Virus record (IMG/VR): IMGVR_UViG_3300025151_000029
Location: 6,118 to 70,117 of that record
Source: a virus
DNA: 64,000 nt
Direction: 5' to 3' (one strand)
Below the pieces are notes generated by a model. The model had not been told where the DNA came from and searched no databases. It saw only the letters and a program-made list of their open reading frames with translations. Below, piece after piece: positions 21,581 to 31,758 of the stretch (position 1 is its first letter; the number at the start of each line of letters is the position of its first letter). A program made the translations under genes and the position numbers.

Positions 21581-22156
21581 CTACGAAATATCGATGTAGC
21601 ACTGAGCAAAGTCAGCCAAGGTAGCGTCAGCAGCCTCGAGCGTAACACCGATAACAGACAAGTCTGTACCGGCAGCAGTGTTGACCTCACCTGCGGCCCC
21701 TGAGTTACCATCAGTGTCGATCAGTGCGTTAGCCGAAATCGACTTACCGCCACTACCTGTATCGGTACGAACAACCGCGCAACCCTTCGTGATAACCCAA
21801 CCATACGAACCGCTTGCGATATCGTTATCGGCTACCCCGAGAAGTGCGGGCTTTGTCTTGGCATCAGCAGCACAAGGCTGACCGGTGAACGGAGTACCCG
21901 AATCACGGATAACAACATCACCCTTGTTGATGGCAGCAGAAGCCTTGATGAACATCCAACACCGATCTCCTTCGAGAAGAGCGAAGTTCTTATCACGATC
22001 AACACCGGAGTTACCGGTGCCGGACGCAACCTCATCAGCTTGCTGCATACGCCGAGTGCCCAGGGCGTACTGCTCCGAGGTGTAAGTCTCGGAATACCCT
22101 GTGACCGCATCTACGCCATCAGCGACGCTTCCGCCTGTAGTAAAAGTACCAGCCAT
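21581..22156 (-). CDS. Capsid cement/decoration protein (DUF2190-like, 191 aa)
   Basis: Directly after MCP; LLGVA..DIASGSYGWVITKG and IGVTLEAA motifs. Confidence 0.65.
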   Translation of the reverse strand: MAGTFTTGGSVADGVDAVTGYSETYTSEQYALGTRRMQQADEVASGTGNSGVDRDKNFALLEGDRCWMFIKASAAINKGDVVIRDSGTPFTGQPCAADAKTKPALLGVADNDIASGSYGWVITKGCAVVRTDTGSGGKSISANALIDTDGNSGAAGEVNTAAGTDLSVIGVTLEAADATLADFAQCYIDIS

Positions 22157-22167
22157 GATTTACCTCC

Positions 22168-23217
22168 TTAGATCGCGCCGCCAGACACACATCCCTGCGC
22201 CGGAAGCTTGGTGCAGATCATGTTGCCTTGCATTGCGAAGATTGCGGTTACCACGTCCTGATCGCCAACCCGCTCCTTGAACTCCGAGACGTTCGGGGCT
22301 TCAAGCATTGGGAACTCGATGTAGTCCGTGTTGAGCATGTAGGTGACACCATCGTTGGCGGGCGCGCTGAAGCTTGACCGGTCCAGATCGATCGAAGAAG
22401 TGACAGAAGCAAGACCAAGGCTGAGGCCAAGGGTGTTGCTCTTGTCGATCTTGTCATCGACGAGTGTGACGCGGACATTCTCGCTACGAGCATCCTCAAA
22501 GTTGGTGTAAGTGTCGTCGTCCATGAAAATCATGTCGGGACCCTTACCGATACCACCTGCATAGTGAGCACACTGACGGTAAGTCTTACGAAGCTGAGTC
22601 ATACCATCAGCGGTGAAAGACGAAATGTCGTTGTACTGGTTGAAGTGGAAATACGTGTTGCTCTTGGTCACGTTCTGGACTTGCTGGCTTTGCGAACCTG
22701 GAGCGACAAAGTCAAGAAGACCATGGGTCACACCAGTTCCAATACCGGAGCTAAACTCACCGTTGAGAGTGAGAAGCCCTTGAAGCTCAGAAGTGTTGAA
22801 CGCAAGACCACGACTCGCACCTGTAAGCAGGAACTTGTTGAGGTCAGCCTTGGCGGCTTCCATTGCAGTTTGCGGGTACTCCTCGATCAGACGAATAATC
22901 GCCAGCTTTCCAGAGTTTTGCGCAAGCTCACGCTTAGGAATGTTGATCGCCATAACCAGACGGTGAGGCTCAACCTCAAACTTCCGGATTTGTTGACGAC
23001 GGGTCATGTTCAGTAGCTCATCACCGACGTAGACACCAACACCGCGAGCAGGTGCACCACCAGAAAAGGAACGCTCAATCTTCGTTCCGCCTTCCATTGG
23101 CATACGTGCTTTCGAGTTAAGTGCATCGAACAGTTCGTTGCTACGAACAAACGAGTTCACCAGGGGTCCGCGGAGGTCCGCAAACGTGGTGTTCAGCAGT
23201 TCAGTACTGATAGTCAT
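22168..23217 (-). CDS. Major capsid protein (349 aa)
   Basis: Size and HK97-fold-like pattern (GGTKIERS, GPDMIFMD, YMLNTDYIEF, GNMIC); followed by cement and adaptor genes. Confidence 0.8.
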   Translation of the reverse strand: MTISTELLNTTFADLRGPLVNSFVRSNELFDALNSKARMPMEGGTKIERSFSGGAPARGVGVYVGDELLNMTRRQQIRKFEVEPHRLVMAINIPKRELAQNSGKLAIIRLIEEYPQTAMEAAKADLNKFLLTGASRGLAFNTSELQGLLTLNGEFSSGIGTGVTHGLLDFVAPGSQSQQVQNVTKSNTYFHFNQYNDISSFTADGMTQLRKTYRQCAHYAGGIGKGPDMIFMDDDTYTNFEDARSENVRVTLVDDKIDKSNTLGLSLGLASVTSSIDLDRSSFSAPANDGVTYMLNTDYIEFPMLEAPNVSEFKERVGDQDVVTAIFAMQGNMICTKLPAQGCVSGGAI

Positions 23218-23394
23218 TTTGTTCTCACAAAAAGTGTTAGAATAATTTAAACGAGTTTCACGCCTGCCTGGTGCGTTATGCCGGACCTGAATGGCTACCC
23301 GACCGCGAGTTAGGTGCGTGATTCAGGTTTACATGATTACAAATAAAAGTGCAACACTTTCGGCGCGAAAGTCTTTACATGATAAACTTGCCGC
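23218..23394. promoter_or_regulatory. Divergent promoter region MCP/TerL
   Basis: TTGCAC-17-TAAACC on minus (23354-23326); TG-A-TAAACT on plus (23380-23388); TTTACATGAT direct repeat at 23328 and 23374. Confidence 0.5.
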
Positions 23395-25044
23395 ATGGCT
23401 AACACACAAAAGAAAGAAACCGAAAAGATCGGCGGCGCTGAGTTTGCCGACGCTCCGGGACTCCACCAAGGTAAGATTCGAGCACTTTTTTCGACGCCCG
23501 ATGCGTTCGTCTCTATGTGTCAGATTGTCCGAGAAGACGAGTCTACAGGTTACATGGAGCCTACACATACGCAAAAGAAGCTGCTCAAAGCGTACGACGA
23601 AAACAAATGGATAATGGTCAACAAGTTTCGGCAGGCAAAGATCACCACCGTATCTGTCATGCTACTGCTCAGAGACTGCATGTACCTCAGCGGAGTCAAG
23701 GGCCTACTAATTGCTGAGCGTCAAGATACGGCCGAGGATATTTTCGAGCGGATTCTGTTTGCCTACAACAGACTTCCTGACGACGTGAAAATGCCGCTTG
23801 CTCCAGGCAAAAAGGCTGGCGCAACACAAATGCAGTTCATTCATGGTGGGGGTATTAAGGTTCTGACTGCTGGTGGTAGGTCACCAGCGATTGGTCGATC
23901 AATCGATAGACTTGTCATCACAGAGTTCGGTGAAGCTCAATGGCAACGAAAAGCTGCGATCAACATCTTCCCGACGGTCAACAAGCGACCCAACGCCAAA
24001 GTAATTCTTGAGTCTACGCCAGGACGTGCGGGATCGCATCATGAGCAGATGTGGCGCTCGGCTCTTGAGGGCACGAGTAGGTTCACACCACTTTTTCTCG
24101 AATGGTGGGAAGACGACAGTTGCCGTGAAATGGTTCAAGGCTTTCAGCCAACAGCAACTGAAATTGAATACATGAAGCGACACCCTGGTATGAGCATACA
24201 CAATGTTGCTTTCCGGCGTCGGGGTCTGAATACAGAGTTTGTTGGAGACTCTAGACTGTTTTCCTGTAAGTACCCCTCGGACGCCTACGACGGCTGGTTG
24301 GGTACAACTAACCCCGTCATGCCCGCCGAAGTGCTCAAGCCATGGCTCGCCGAAGCAAAGGCTGATCCTGAGCTTTCGTACTGGGGGTCGCATGAGTTCG
24401 AGCCCCCGCAGCCGGGTCGACAGTACTTGATTACAGCAGACCCTGCCGGATTCGGTAGTACTGGTGACAAGTCCGCCCTGACAGTGTGGGATGCTGTTGA
24501 ATGGAGAGAGGTGGCGTTCTGGGAGGATCGAGAAACTCCGGATCGTTTTGCTCAGAGACTCAAACAAATTCAAGCCAGATACAATCAAGCATTGCTGGCG
24601 GTCGAGTCAAATGCCACAGCGTGCATTGCCATCCTCAAAGATCAGGGCACGAGAAACCTTCTGTGGACAGACAGAAATCATCCAGGGTGGTACGCAACTC
24701 AAAAGAGAATCAAAGAATCCGAGGCACGGTTGGTGCAGATGTTGCGAGAAAAGGACCTTCGTATTCAGAGCCGTGGTACATTGCACCAACTTCTAAACTA
24801 CGACGGGTCAACCAAGAAACGAGTCAAGGGTGAAGACGGTATTCTGCACCACTTCGACCGGGCGCGAACTGCCGTTATGGCGGCGGACATCTTAACGAAA
24901 CGAAACTTTCAAACAAGTTCGAAACAGCCAGAGTCCACTTATATCGCTGGACAAGTTACAATCAGGCAGCTTGACGATGTTAAGCGGCACAAGCGACAAA
25001 CTGCAACATCACCATTCAAACCCGCTTCCATAAGCTGGAGATAA
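23395..25044 (+). CDS. terL: Terminase large subunit
   Basis: VNKFRQAKITT (Walker A-like), LVITEFG (Walker B-like), ILESTPG coupling motif, ITADPAG..DKSA and AVESN nuclease motifs. Confidence 0.9.
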   Translation: MANTQKKETEKIGGAEFADAPGLHQGKIRALFSTPDAFVSMCQIVREDESTGYMEPTHTQKKLLKAYDENKWIMVNKFRQAKITTVSVMLLLRDCMYLSGVKGLLIAERQDTAEDIFERILFAYNRLPDDVKMPLAPGKKAGATQMQFIHGGGIKVLTAGGRSPAIGRSIDRLVITEFGEAQWQRKAAINIFPTVNKRPNAKVILESTPGRAGSHHEQMWRSALEGTSRFTPLFLEWWEDDSCREMVQGFQPTATEIEYMKRHPGMSIHNVAFRRRGLNTEFVGDSRLFSCKYPSDAYDGWLGTTNPVMPAEVLKPWLAEAKADPELSYWGSHEFEPPQPGRQYLITADPAGFGSTGDKSALTVWDAVEWREVAFWEDRETPDRFAQRLKQIQARYNQALLAVESNATACIAILKDQGTRNLLWTDRNHPGWYATQKRIKESEARLVQMLREKDLRIQSRGTLHQLLNYDGSTKKRVKGEDGILHHFDRARTAVMAADILTKRNFQTSSKQPESTYIAGQVTIRQLDDVKRHKRQTATSPFKPASISWR

Positions 25045-25046
25045 CC

Positions 25047-25361
25047 ATGTCGAAGAAATCTGCTCGCGCACAAAAACGCGAATACAGCCCAGTAAGTACA
25101 TTCAAGCCGAACGAAACGTTGCCTGAAAACGCGTCTCTAATGGATAAGGCAAAAGCTGCGGCGAAGAAGGCCGACGTAAAGGCTAAGTCTGCTGTGCTTC
25201 GAGGAGCGCAAGGTGAGAGCAAGGAAAAATTCCCGGAAGACCTACAAAAGAGTATCGATCAACTGAATAAGAAGACGAAGAGTAAGCCTGATTTCCTTGA
25301 CGTGGACGGCGACGGCGACAAGAAAGAGTCGATGAAGAAAGCCGCTCAGGACAAGAAGTAG
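25047..25361 (+). CDS. Small basic protein with D-x-D-G-D-G-D loop
   Basis: KPDFLDVDGDGDKKESMKKA, a pattern common in small phage proteins near the portal. Confidence 0.6.
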   Translation: MSKKSARAQKREYSPVSTFKPNETLPENASLMDKAKAAAKKADVKAKSAVLRGAQGESKEKFPEDLQKSIDQLNKKTKSKPDFLDVDGDGDKKESMKKAAQDKK

Positions 25362-25369
25362 AGTTTCGT

Positions 25370-25576
25370 ATGTCAGAAGAAATAGAAAAAGCCAAGAAGG
25401 CGGCCCGTCAGGCAGATGCTGATATGACGGCCGGAGTCACCAGCCTGACGGGTAAGAAGCTCGAGGGTGAGGCAGCCGATAAGTTCAAGAAGGCTTATGA
25501 TGGGTCTGCAATGCTTCAAGCAATGTACAATCCTGACGGCACAATGAAGTCGGATATGAAAAAGATTGTGGAGTAA
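25370..25576 (+). CDS. Hypothetical protein (68 aa)
   Basis: Fills the gap in the operon. Confidence 0.5.
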   Translation: MSEEIEKAKKAARQADADMTAGVTSLTGKKLEGEAADKFKKAYDGSAMLQAMYNPDGTMKSDMKKIVE

Positions 25577-25578
25577 GC

Positions 25579-27333
25579 ATGTCCTCACAGCTATCAAAAC
25601 TGATTGACCGCCACCTAGATTTCTACAAGCGGTCAGAGAAAAAGCAGTTCGACAAGGCCCGTCGATTTTATCGAGGTGACTTCTTTACCAGTTCTGATAG
25701 CGACCTGGACACGAGCCGCAACCACTCGTTCCTTTGTTCGAAGAACCTGATCTACGCCATCGCAGATACAGCGGTGAGTGCGCTACTCGGACCCAACCCA
25801 AATGTTGCTGCAATAGCGAGCACTCCAAAGTCGCAAGACTCTGCTCCGTCAGTGACGGGTTTGCTGGAGTATATATTCCGAGTCAATCGGTTCCGGCGAA
25901 AGGCTGCAACGGCATTGATCGACGCAGTCCTCTGTAAGCGTGGCGTGTTCAAGACTGGGTGGGATGCTGACCGCGACATACCGATTGTACGGGCAGTCAA
26001 CCCATCCAGCTTATTCTTCGACCTCACAGCCCGTGACCCAGATGACATCCGTTACTGGATCGAAGCTACCGTTATTTCTTTCGAAGAGTTCAAGGATCGT
26101 GTTCGATCGGGACTTTACAAGGCAGAACTGGTCAAGGATGTCGAGCCGGATCGGTTCCCTCGATGGTTGATGGACAAGAATCAGCACAGCGACACTCAAC
26201 AAGTACGCGATGCGTTCAAGTGGGTCACGGTGTACGAGTACTACGATCGTGAGCGCGGTGTGATCCAGCACTACATCAAGCAAGCAGATGCCGTAGTCTT
26301 CGAAGACAAAATTGACTACATCCCGTACTCGATGTTCAGCCTCAATCAATCAGGTATCGATTGCTTGGGCCTGAGCGAGGTTCAGCTTGTCCTTAAGCAG
26401 CAAGAGACAATCAACGATCTGCTGACGCACATGAAGCAGATCACGTATTTGCAGATTCCGCGTATTCTGTACGATTCCGGTCGGATCACAGAAGAAGACC
26501 TCAACAAGGCTGTAGAGGCTAGCGCAGGCTCGTTTGTTGGAATCAATCCATCAAACAGCGAAAGCCTGCGTAGTCTGGGCACCATCTTTTACGAGATGCC
26601 TCAACCTCAGAACCCTCAGGGTGTACAAGAGTTTGTTGCCCGCCAGGAAGACGATGCCGCATTCATCTCAGCCCTCGCAGAAGCCGCACGGGGCCAGGTT
26701 GTCGGTGCACGTACCGCAACCGAAATGGCTATCATTGACGCCCAAATGCGAACACGACTTGCCACAAGAGAAGGCCATCTCAACGACGCAATCGAAGACG
26801 TCGCGCGCAAAGCCTTCTACTTGAGTAAGAAGTACATGCGTGAGCCAAGACTCATTCGTGTCGCGGGTGATCGTCGTTGGGCAGAGTTGGCACACAAAGA
26901 CCTGCGCGACATCGAAGTTGATTTCGAAATGGTCTCGTACAACCCGATTCGAAAGAACCCAAGTGTAATGATCGAGAGCTTGCTTCAGATGATTCCGTTT
27001 CTCGCAGAGAACCCGAACGTCGACATGCGGAAGCTTACCGAAGAGATCATCTCCGGTATGGGTCTGTCACGGCGCATCATCATCCCACAGGCGGAGCTTG
27101 AGGCTATGCAGCAAGAGCAGATGGCACAGCAAGGGGCTGCGATGCAGGCTGAGGCTGCCGCAAGTCTCGGTGGTGCGGCTGGCGGTGAAGCATACATCGA
27201 ACAGCAAAAGATCGCTCAGCTACAACAGTTGCTCACTCAACTACCACCTGAGGAAGCGCAGCAGCTTGCGGCCCAAGTTGCAGAGCAAACAGGTATTGAT
27301 ATTCCTGTGGCCGGGCCGGAAGGTCAAGCGTAA
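25579..27333 (+). CDS. Portal protein (584 aa)
   Basis: After TerL; VFKTGW, VNPSSLFFD, ARGQ..ARTATE motifs and Gln-rich C-terminus of P22/T7-type portals. Confidence 0.85.
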   Translation: MSSQLSKLIDRHLDFYKRSEKKQFDKARRFYRGDFFTSSDSDLDTSRNHSFLCSKNLIYAIADTAVSALLGPNPNVAAIASTPKSQDSAPSVTGLLEYIFRVNRFRRKAATALIDAVLCKRGVFKTGWDADRDIPIVRAVNPSSLFFDLTARDPDDIRYWIEATVISFEEFKDRVRSGLYKAELVKDVEPDRFPRWLMDKNQHSDTQQVRDAFKWVTVYEYYDRERGVIQHYIKQADAVVFEDKIDYIPYSMFSLNQSGIDCLGLSEVQLVLKQQETINDLLTHMKQITYLQIPRILYDSGRITEEDLNKAVEASAGSFVGINPSNSESLRSLGTIFYEMPQPQNPQGVQEFVARQEDDAAFISALAEAARGQVVGARTATEMAIIDAQMRTRLATREGHLNDAIEDVARKAFYLSKKYMREPRLIRVAGDRRWAELAHKDLRDIEVDFEMVSYNPIRKNPSVMIESLLQMIPFLAENPNVDMRKLTEEIISGMGLSRRIIIPQAELEAMQQEQMAQQGAAMQAEAAASLGGAAGGEAYIEQQKIAQLQQLLTQLPPEEAQQLAAQVAEQTGIDIPVAGPEGQA

Positions 27334-27641
27334 TGGCACTCTCGAAACGAGATAAGATCCGTAAGGCTAGCCTTCTCAAGAAGCACAGGCTCAAGGGTGT
27401 GAACGTACCAAAACGCACACCTGATCACCCAACGAAGAGCCACATTGTTCTCGCTCAGGAGGGCAGTCAACTGAAGCTGATTCGATTCGGCGAACAGGGC
27501 GCAAGCACCGCAGGGAAGCCGAAGAAGGGTGAAGGCGAACGCATGAAGAAGAAGCGCAAGAGCTTCAAGTCTCGTCACCGCAAGAACATCGCCAAAGGCA
27601 AGATGAGCGCTGCTTACTGGGCAGACAAGGTGAAATGGTAA
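27333..27641 (+). CDS. Conserved basic phage protein (102 aa)
   Basis: KLIRFGEQG..RKSFKSRH..SAAYWADKVKW pattern. Confidence 0.7.
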   Translation: MALSKRDKIRKASLLKKHRLKGVNVPKRTPDHPTKSHIVLAQEGSQLKLIRFGEQGASTAGKPKKGEGERMKKKRKSFKSRHRKNIAKGKMSAAYWADKVKW

Positions 27642-28060
27642 TGGCTACGTACCAGGAAATGATGGAAGAACTGAAGCAAGGAGCACGCAAGGCGGACGCT
27701 TGCCCCGCCGCTACTCAAGACGTAGAACTGAACCTAGAGAACCGACAAGATGCTCTAGATACTAAGGAGTACGGGCCCGCAAACCCAGGACTCGACGACG
27801 AGGGCGGAAACGAAGAGTTCTGGCAGCGGTATGCTGACCGGTTCAACGATACCGTCGAGAACGTAATGAGCATGCGCTGCGGCAACTGCTCCTTCTTCGA
27901 TACCTCTGAAAGCATGAAAGAATGCATCGAAACGGGTATCGGACCTGACGGCGACCCTGAGCAAGCTGTTGAGGCTGGTGAGTTGGGGTACTGCTCCGCA
28001 CTCGACTTCAAATGTGCGTCTCAAAGAGTCTGCATCATCTGGGCGGGGAGGGCAGCGTAA
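27641..28060 (+). CDS. Conserved Cys-containing phage protein
   Basis: CPAATQDV..YGPANP..CGNCSFF..GYC..FKC..RVC. Confidence 0.7.
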   Translation: MATYQEMMEELKQGARKADACPAATQDVELNLENRQDALDTKEYGPANPGLDDEGGNEEFWQRYADRFNDTVENVMSMRCGNCSFFDTSESMKECIETGIGPDGDPEQAVEAGELGYCSALDFKCASQRVCIIWAGRAA

Positions 28061-28245
28061 TGGGCAAAAAGTCTAAAAGTAAAGTGAACGAGGCCGGTAA
28101 CTACACAAAGCCCGGAATGCGTAAGAGATTGTTCGAAAGCATTAAGGCTGGTGGGAAAGGCGGAAAACCCGGTCAGTGGTCCGCACGTAAAGCTCAAATG
28201 TTGGCCAAGCGGTACAAAGCGAAGGGCGGGGGTTACAAAAACTAA
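28060..28245 (+). CDS. DUF5872-like N-terminal half (basic, 61 aa)
   Basis: NYTKPGMRKRL..GGKPGQWSARKAQMLA..GGGY. Confidence 0.65.
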   Translation: MGKKSKSKVNEAGNYTKPGMRKRLFESIKAGGKGGKPGQWSARKAQMLAKRYKAKGGGYKN

Positions 28246-28517
28246 TGGCCAAAGCAAAACCGCAACGGGATCTAGATCAGTGGACCGAAGAGGATTGGGG
28301 TACCAAGTCAGGTAAGCCCAGTGTTCAAGGTCCTGACGCTACGGGTGAGCGGTACAAGCCTGCGGCTGATCATGCCGACGACACGCCCCAACAAACTGCT
28401 GCGGAAACACGGACCAAGCGCAAGGCAACCAAGGAAGGCAAGCAATTCGCCAAGTACAAGAAAAAAGCTAAGCGACAAAAGATTAAGGACGCCGTCGAAG
28501 AACGTCGAACTGCATAG
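28245..28517 (+). CDS. DUF5872-like C-terminal half (90 aa)
   Basis: QRDLDQWTEEDWGTKSG..TGERY. Confidence 0.6.
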   Translation: MAKAKPQRDLDQWTEEDWGTKSGKPSVQGPDATGERYKPAADHADDTPQQTAAETRTKRKATKEGKQFAKYKKKAKRQKIKDAVEERRTA

Positions 28518-28525
28518 GAAACATC

Positions 28526-28705
28526 ATGAGCGAAAAGAACGAGCCAAAAAAAGTTCCACTTCCAGTCAGGTACAAGCCAATGAAGAAAGACTACGGTGCG
28601 GGACATAAAAGAAGCGCCCTGCGAGATGCAGTCAAAAAGAAGAAGGCTGCTACGAAAAAGAAGCAAATGGCCACGTACACGTCGAAGTACAAGTCAAAGG
28701 ACTAG
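28526..28705 (+). CDS. Lys-rich protein (59 aa), not in ORF track
   Basis: AGGA RBS; MSEKNEPKKVPLPVRYKPM...YKSKD*. Confidence 0.55.
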   Translation: MSEKNEPKKVPLPVRYKPMKKDYGAGHKRSALRDAVKKKKAATKKKQMATYTSKYKSKD

Positions 28706-28708
28706 AAG

Positions 28709-29590
28709 ATGGACGAGTACGGCAAAAAAATGATGGACCTGCGCAAGGGTCTACCTCAGGTCATCGATTTAGGTGGTAAGGGTGAGGCTGGTACGGGAAA
28801 GATAACTGTGCCTAAGGGAATGTCGCCCCTTCAAGAAGCTACCTACCGAGAAGCCATCGCTCGACGTCAAAGTCCTGGCAGCTTCGCTAAATTTGACGAG
28901 ATAAAGAAACAGGCTCAAGAAGCGACCAGGAAAAAGCTGGGCAAAAAAAGGCCGACTTACTTCCCCCAAGAAACCCGAACAGAAGAAGGTCCACGCCTCG
29001 CCGCGAAAAAACTATTCGAAGATATCGGTATGGGGTCTGAACCGGTCAGCAGTGACGAGTTGACCGAAGCTGAAAAGAAACAGAACGAGTTGAATCAGAT
29101 CGCAAACAGTGCGGACTTGCTCATGAAAAGCGGCGGTTACGATAACCGAGAGGAGGCTGAGCGGGACGCTGAAATGATGCTATCTACCGGCAGCGGCGTA
29201 CCGCAGATCGCCAAGAAAAATCCCATCAAAGAGACGGCTGACGTCATGAAACCATTTGATCCCGCGAAAGATACAAGGGATCAGTATGGGAGCGAAGAGT
29301 TTGGTATAGACGCATCAGAAAAGAATTACGCTGAAAACTATGCGGATCAAGACCCAGTCTCGACTTCGTACGTAATTAGAAATGGAGCAATCCTAGAGAA
29401 GCAAGTATTTGATGATGGTTCTGTGTTCTTTCTCACTGAAGACGGAGACCCGCTTCAACAACACAGTCAGCCATCGATACCGAAGCCACGCGTAGAGCAG
29501 GTTGGGGAGGATTCAGAGGGTAACCCGAAGTATCAGCAACAACTCCCAAACCTATATGATTACAGTATGTTTTTCGGAGAAGACGAGTAA
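28709..29590 (+). CDS. Hypothetical protein (293 aa)
   Basis: Long ORF in operon. Confidence 0.65.
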   Translation: MDEYGKKMMDLRKGLPQVIDLGGKGEAGTGKITVPKGMSPLQEATYREAIARRQSPGSFAKFDEIKKQAQEATRKKLGKKRPTYFPQETRTEEGPRLAAKKLFEDIGMGSEPVSSDELTEAEKKQNELNQIANSADLLMKSGGYDNREEAERDAEMMLSTGSGVPQIAKKNPIKETADVMKPFDPAKDTRDQYGSEEFGIDASEKNYAENYADQDPVSTSYVIRNGAILEKQVFDDGSVFFLTEDGDPLQQHSQPSIPKPRVEQVGEDSEGNPKYQQQLPNLYDYSMFFGEDE

Positions 29591-30051
29591 TGAGTCTGAT
29601 AATGAACAACGTTGAGTGTACGGGTTGCGACTTCTTCGAGGAAGAGGCGATCTATCGCAGAGCAGACGGACCCGATCCATGCCCTGAGTGCGGTAGCGAA
29701 CGTAAGATGAGCTTCCGGGGGCTTCGCTATGCAATCCATGGTCAGGGACCAGGATCATTCGCCGCAGTCGACTTCGGCGTACTCGGTAAAGCCGAAACCA
29801 AAGAAGACTATGATAGATGCATGGCTACTATCCAACAGCGATTCCCGAACAAGCGCATCAACATTCAGGGCGAAAGTTCGAGTCAGAAAGCAGAAAGGCT
29901 CGACACGATTCGACACAACAGTTGGAAGCGCAAGAAGGCTGTCGGGCTCAACGATAAAATTATCAACGAAGTATCGACCCACAAAAAGCGGCTAGCGTCG
30001 GAAGGCAGAAAGGAAACTCGTAGCCCCGCCCAACTCGTAGGAAACAAGTGA
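29590..30051 (+). CDS. FmdB-like zinc-ribbon protein
   Basis: ECTGCDFFEE..CPECGS. Confidence 0.6.
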   Translation: MSLIMNNVECTGCDFFEEEAIYRRADGPDPCPECGSERKMSFRGLRYAIHGQGPGSFAAVDFGVLGKAETKEDYDRCMATIQQRFPNKRINIQGESSSQKAERLDTIRHNSWKRKKAVGLNDKIINEVSTHKKRLASEGRKETRSPAQLVGNK

Positions 30052-30308
30052 TGCCCGACCCCAGCATCAAGTCACTGCTATCGGATATCGAGCTTGTAGA
30101 GTACGCAAGCCACATGGCAGACATGCAGGAAAGGCAACTTAAGGAAGTAAAAGACGACACTATGAGAGACGCTAAAGTCATTCGAGATGTCGTTACCGGT
30201 GAGCAAATTACCGTACCCAATAAATTCATCCGTTCTATTGGAATAAAGCCAGCTTTCGAACTGATGAGACCCGATTTGTTTCAGGAATTCACCGAACAAA
30301 ATTCATAA
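30051..30308 (+). CDS. Hypothetical protein
   Basis: TGATG coupling with upstream gene. Confidence 0.5.
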   Translation: MPDPSIKSLLSDIELVEYASHMADMQERQLKEVKDDTMRDAKVIRDVVTGEQITVPNKFIRSIGIKPAFELMRPDLFQEFTEQNS

Positions 30309-30348
30309 CCCCACTGGTAATCTTACCAACATGTAATAGGATAGTCCC

Positions 30349-30822
30349 ATGGCCGAACAACAATCAATGCCCGCACAAACCCAACCTGAGATGGACGAGA
30401 TCAAGCGTATTCTCGACCAGGCTGATGCAGAGATGGGTGATGCGGAGGCTGCCCCTGACATGGCTGCGGAAGGTGCAGACATGGCTCAAGAGGGTGCCGT
30501 CGAAGAACAAATGGGCGAGGCCGCAGAAGCTGAGGCAACCGAGGGTGTCGACCTCAAGCCTCTCATGGAGACTCTGGGAGCAACAGAAGAGCGCGCACAA
30601 GAACTGTACGACGCTGCTCAACAGATCCCAAAGTTTGCAGGCAAGACGGCTCAAGAGCTTTCTGACATGATTGCGACTGATTTTGATGTTCTAATGCAGC
30701 TTGAAATGGTTGCTGCTCGTGGCGAAGGCGGAGCTATGGGCGCACCGGCTGCAGAAGCTCCAATGCCAGCTATGGGCGGTGAGATGCCCGCTGGTGAAAT
30801 GATGCCGCCAGAAGGTATGTAA
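30349..30822 (+). CDS. Acidic Met/Ala-rich protein (157 aa)
   Basis: AGGA RBS; directly upstream of scaffold. Confidence 0.6.
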   Translation: MAEQQSMPAQTQPEMDEIKRILDQADAEMGDAEAAPDMAAEGADMAQEGAVEEQMGEAAEAEATEGVDLKPLMETLGATEERAQELYDAAQQIPKFAGKTAQELSDMIATDFDVLMQLEMVAARGEGGAMGAPAAEAPMPAMGGEMPAGEMMPPEGM

Positions 30823-30823
30823 T

Positions 30824-31756
30824 ATGTGGGACGAGGACAACGAGGCCGTTGAGGGCGAACAGACTGAAGTTGCGGAAACATCCGAGACTACAGAAGCGCC
30901 CGCGTCAACCTCGGAAGCCGTAGATGTGCAAGCCTCGGACAGTGGTTCAGAGGCTGCACCTGAGGTTTTCGACTGGAACGGTGAGCTTGAAAGCCTTCGG
31001 CAAGAGCAGTGGTTCAACGAACTTGATGAGGGCATGCGTAGTTCAATGACGCGCGGGTTCGAAACCAAGTATCAAAACTGGGCTCGAGGCTATCAAAAGA
31101 AGTTTGATGAGTTGTCCAAGCAACGACGAGAGGCCGACAAGGTTCTCGAAGCTGCGAGAGCACAAGAGCGTAAGGTCATGCAGTGGCTGCACGGAGACGT
31201 GGATCCTCTGATCGAGAAGCAAAAAGAGATCGACAGCCTCAAGGTCGCCCACCAATCCGCACTCGAAGCACTCCGAGAGCGTGCTGAGATGGAACACGAA
31301 AAGGTGAAGAAGTCATTCGGCAATGAGCTGGAGGAGGCTATTGCTGCTCGTGACAAGGCTATCCAGCAGCACAACGAACTCCAGAATCAAATCGAGGAGT
31401 TCGAGAAGCAAGTCACCGAACAAGAAGTCGATGGTATCGAAAAATACATGATCGAATCTGCTTCGGACATTTATGAGAATGACGAAGCATTCGAAGACTT
31501 TCTCTTGGCATGGAAGGCTGGTGCTGACATCGATAAGGCAATCAAGATGGTTCGCGCGCTCTATCCGCAACAGACCGAACCGGAACCAGAGCCTGAGCCA
31601 GAACCAGAGCCGGTGCCTGAAGGTATGAAGCTTATGAACATGAAGCCAGATACCGCCGCCGCGACAGAGGGTGGGAACCCTCAAACGTTTGAAGAGATGA
31701 TGCAATCTCTGAAGAGAGAGGGTCAACGCGAAGCTGACATCCTGCGCAACGCGTAA
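30824..31756 (+). CDS. Capsid scaffolding protein (310 aa)
   Basis: Acidic N-terminus, RGYQKKFDELS (cf. scaffold DYTRKTQELA), long coiled coil, (EP)n linker. Confidence 0.7.
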   Translation: MWDEDNEAVEGEQTEVAETSETTEAPASTSEAVDVQASDSGSEAAPEVFDWNGELESLRQEQWFNELDEGMRSSMTRGFETKYQNWARGYQKKFDELSKQRREADKVLEAARAQERKVMQWLHGDVDPLIEKQKEIDSLKVAHQSALEALRERAEMEHEKVKKSFGNELEEAIAARDKAIQQHNELQNQIEEFEKQVTEQEVDGIEKYMIESASDIYENDEAFEDFLLAWKAGADIDKAIKMVRALYPQQTEPEPEPEPEPEPVPEGMKLMNMKPDTAAATEGGNPQTFEEMMQSLKREGQREADILRNA

Positions 31757-31758
31757 AT

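Noticed and set aside
31575-31620. GAACCG/GAGCCA tandem repeat
   Set aside because: Encodes an (EP)n linker with synonymous variation; protein-level low complexity
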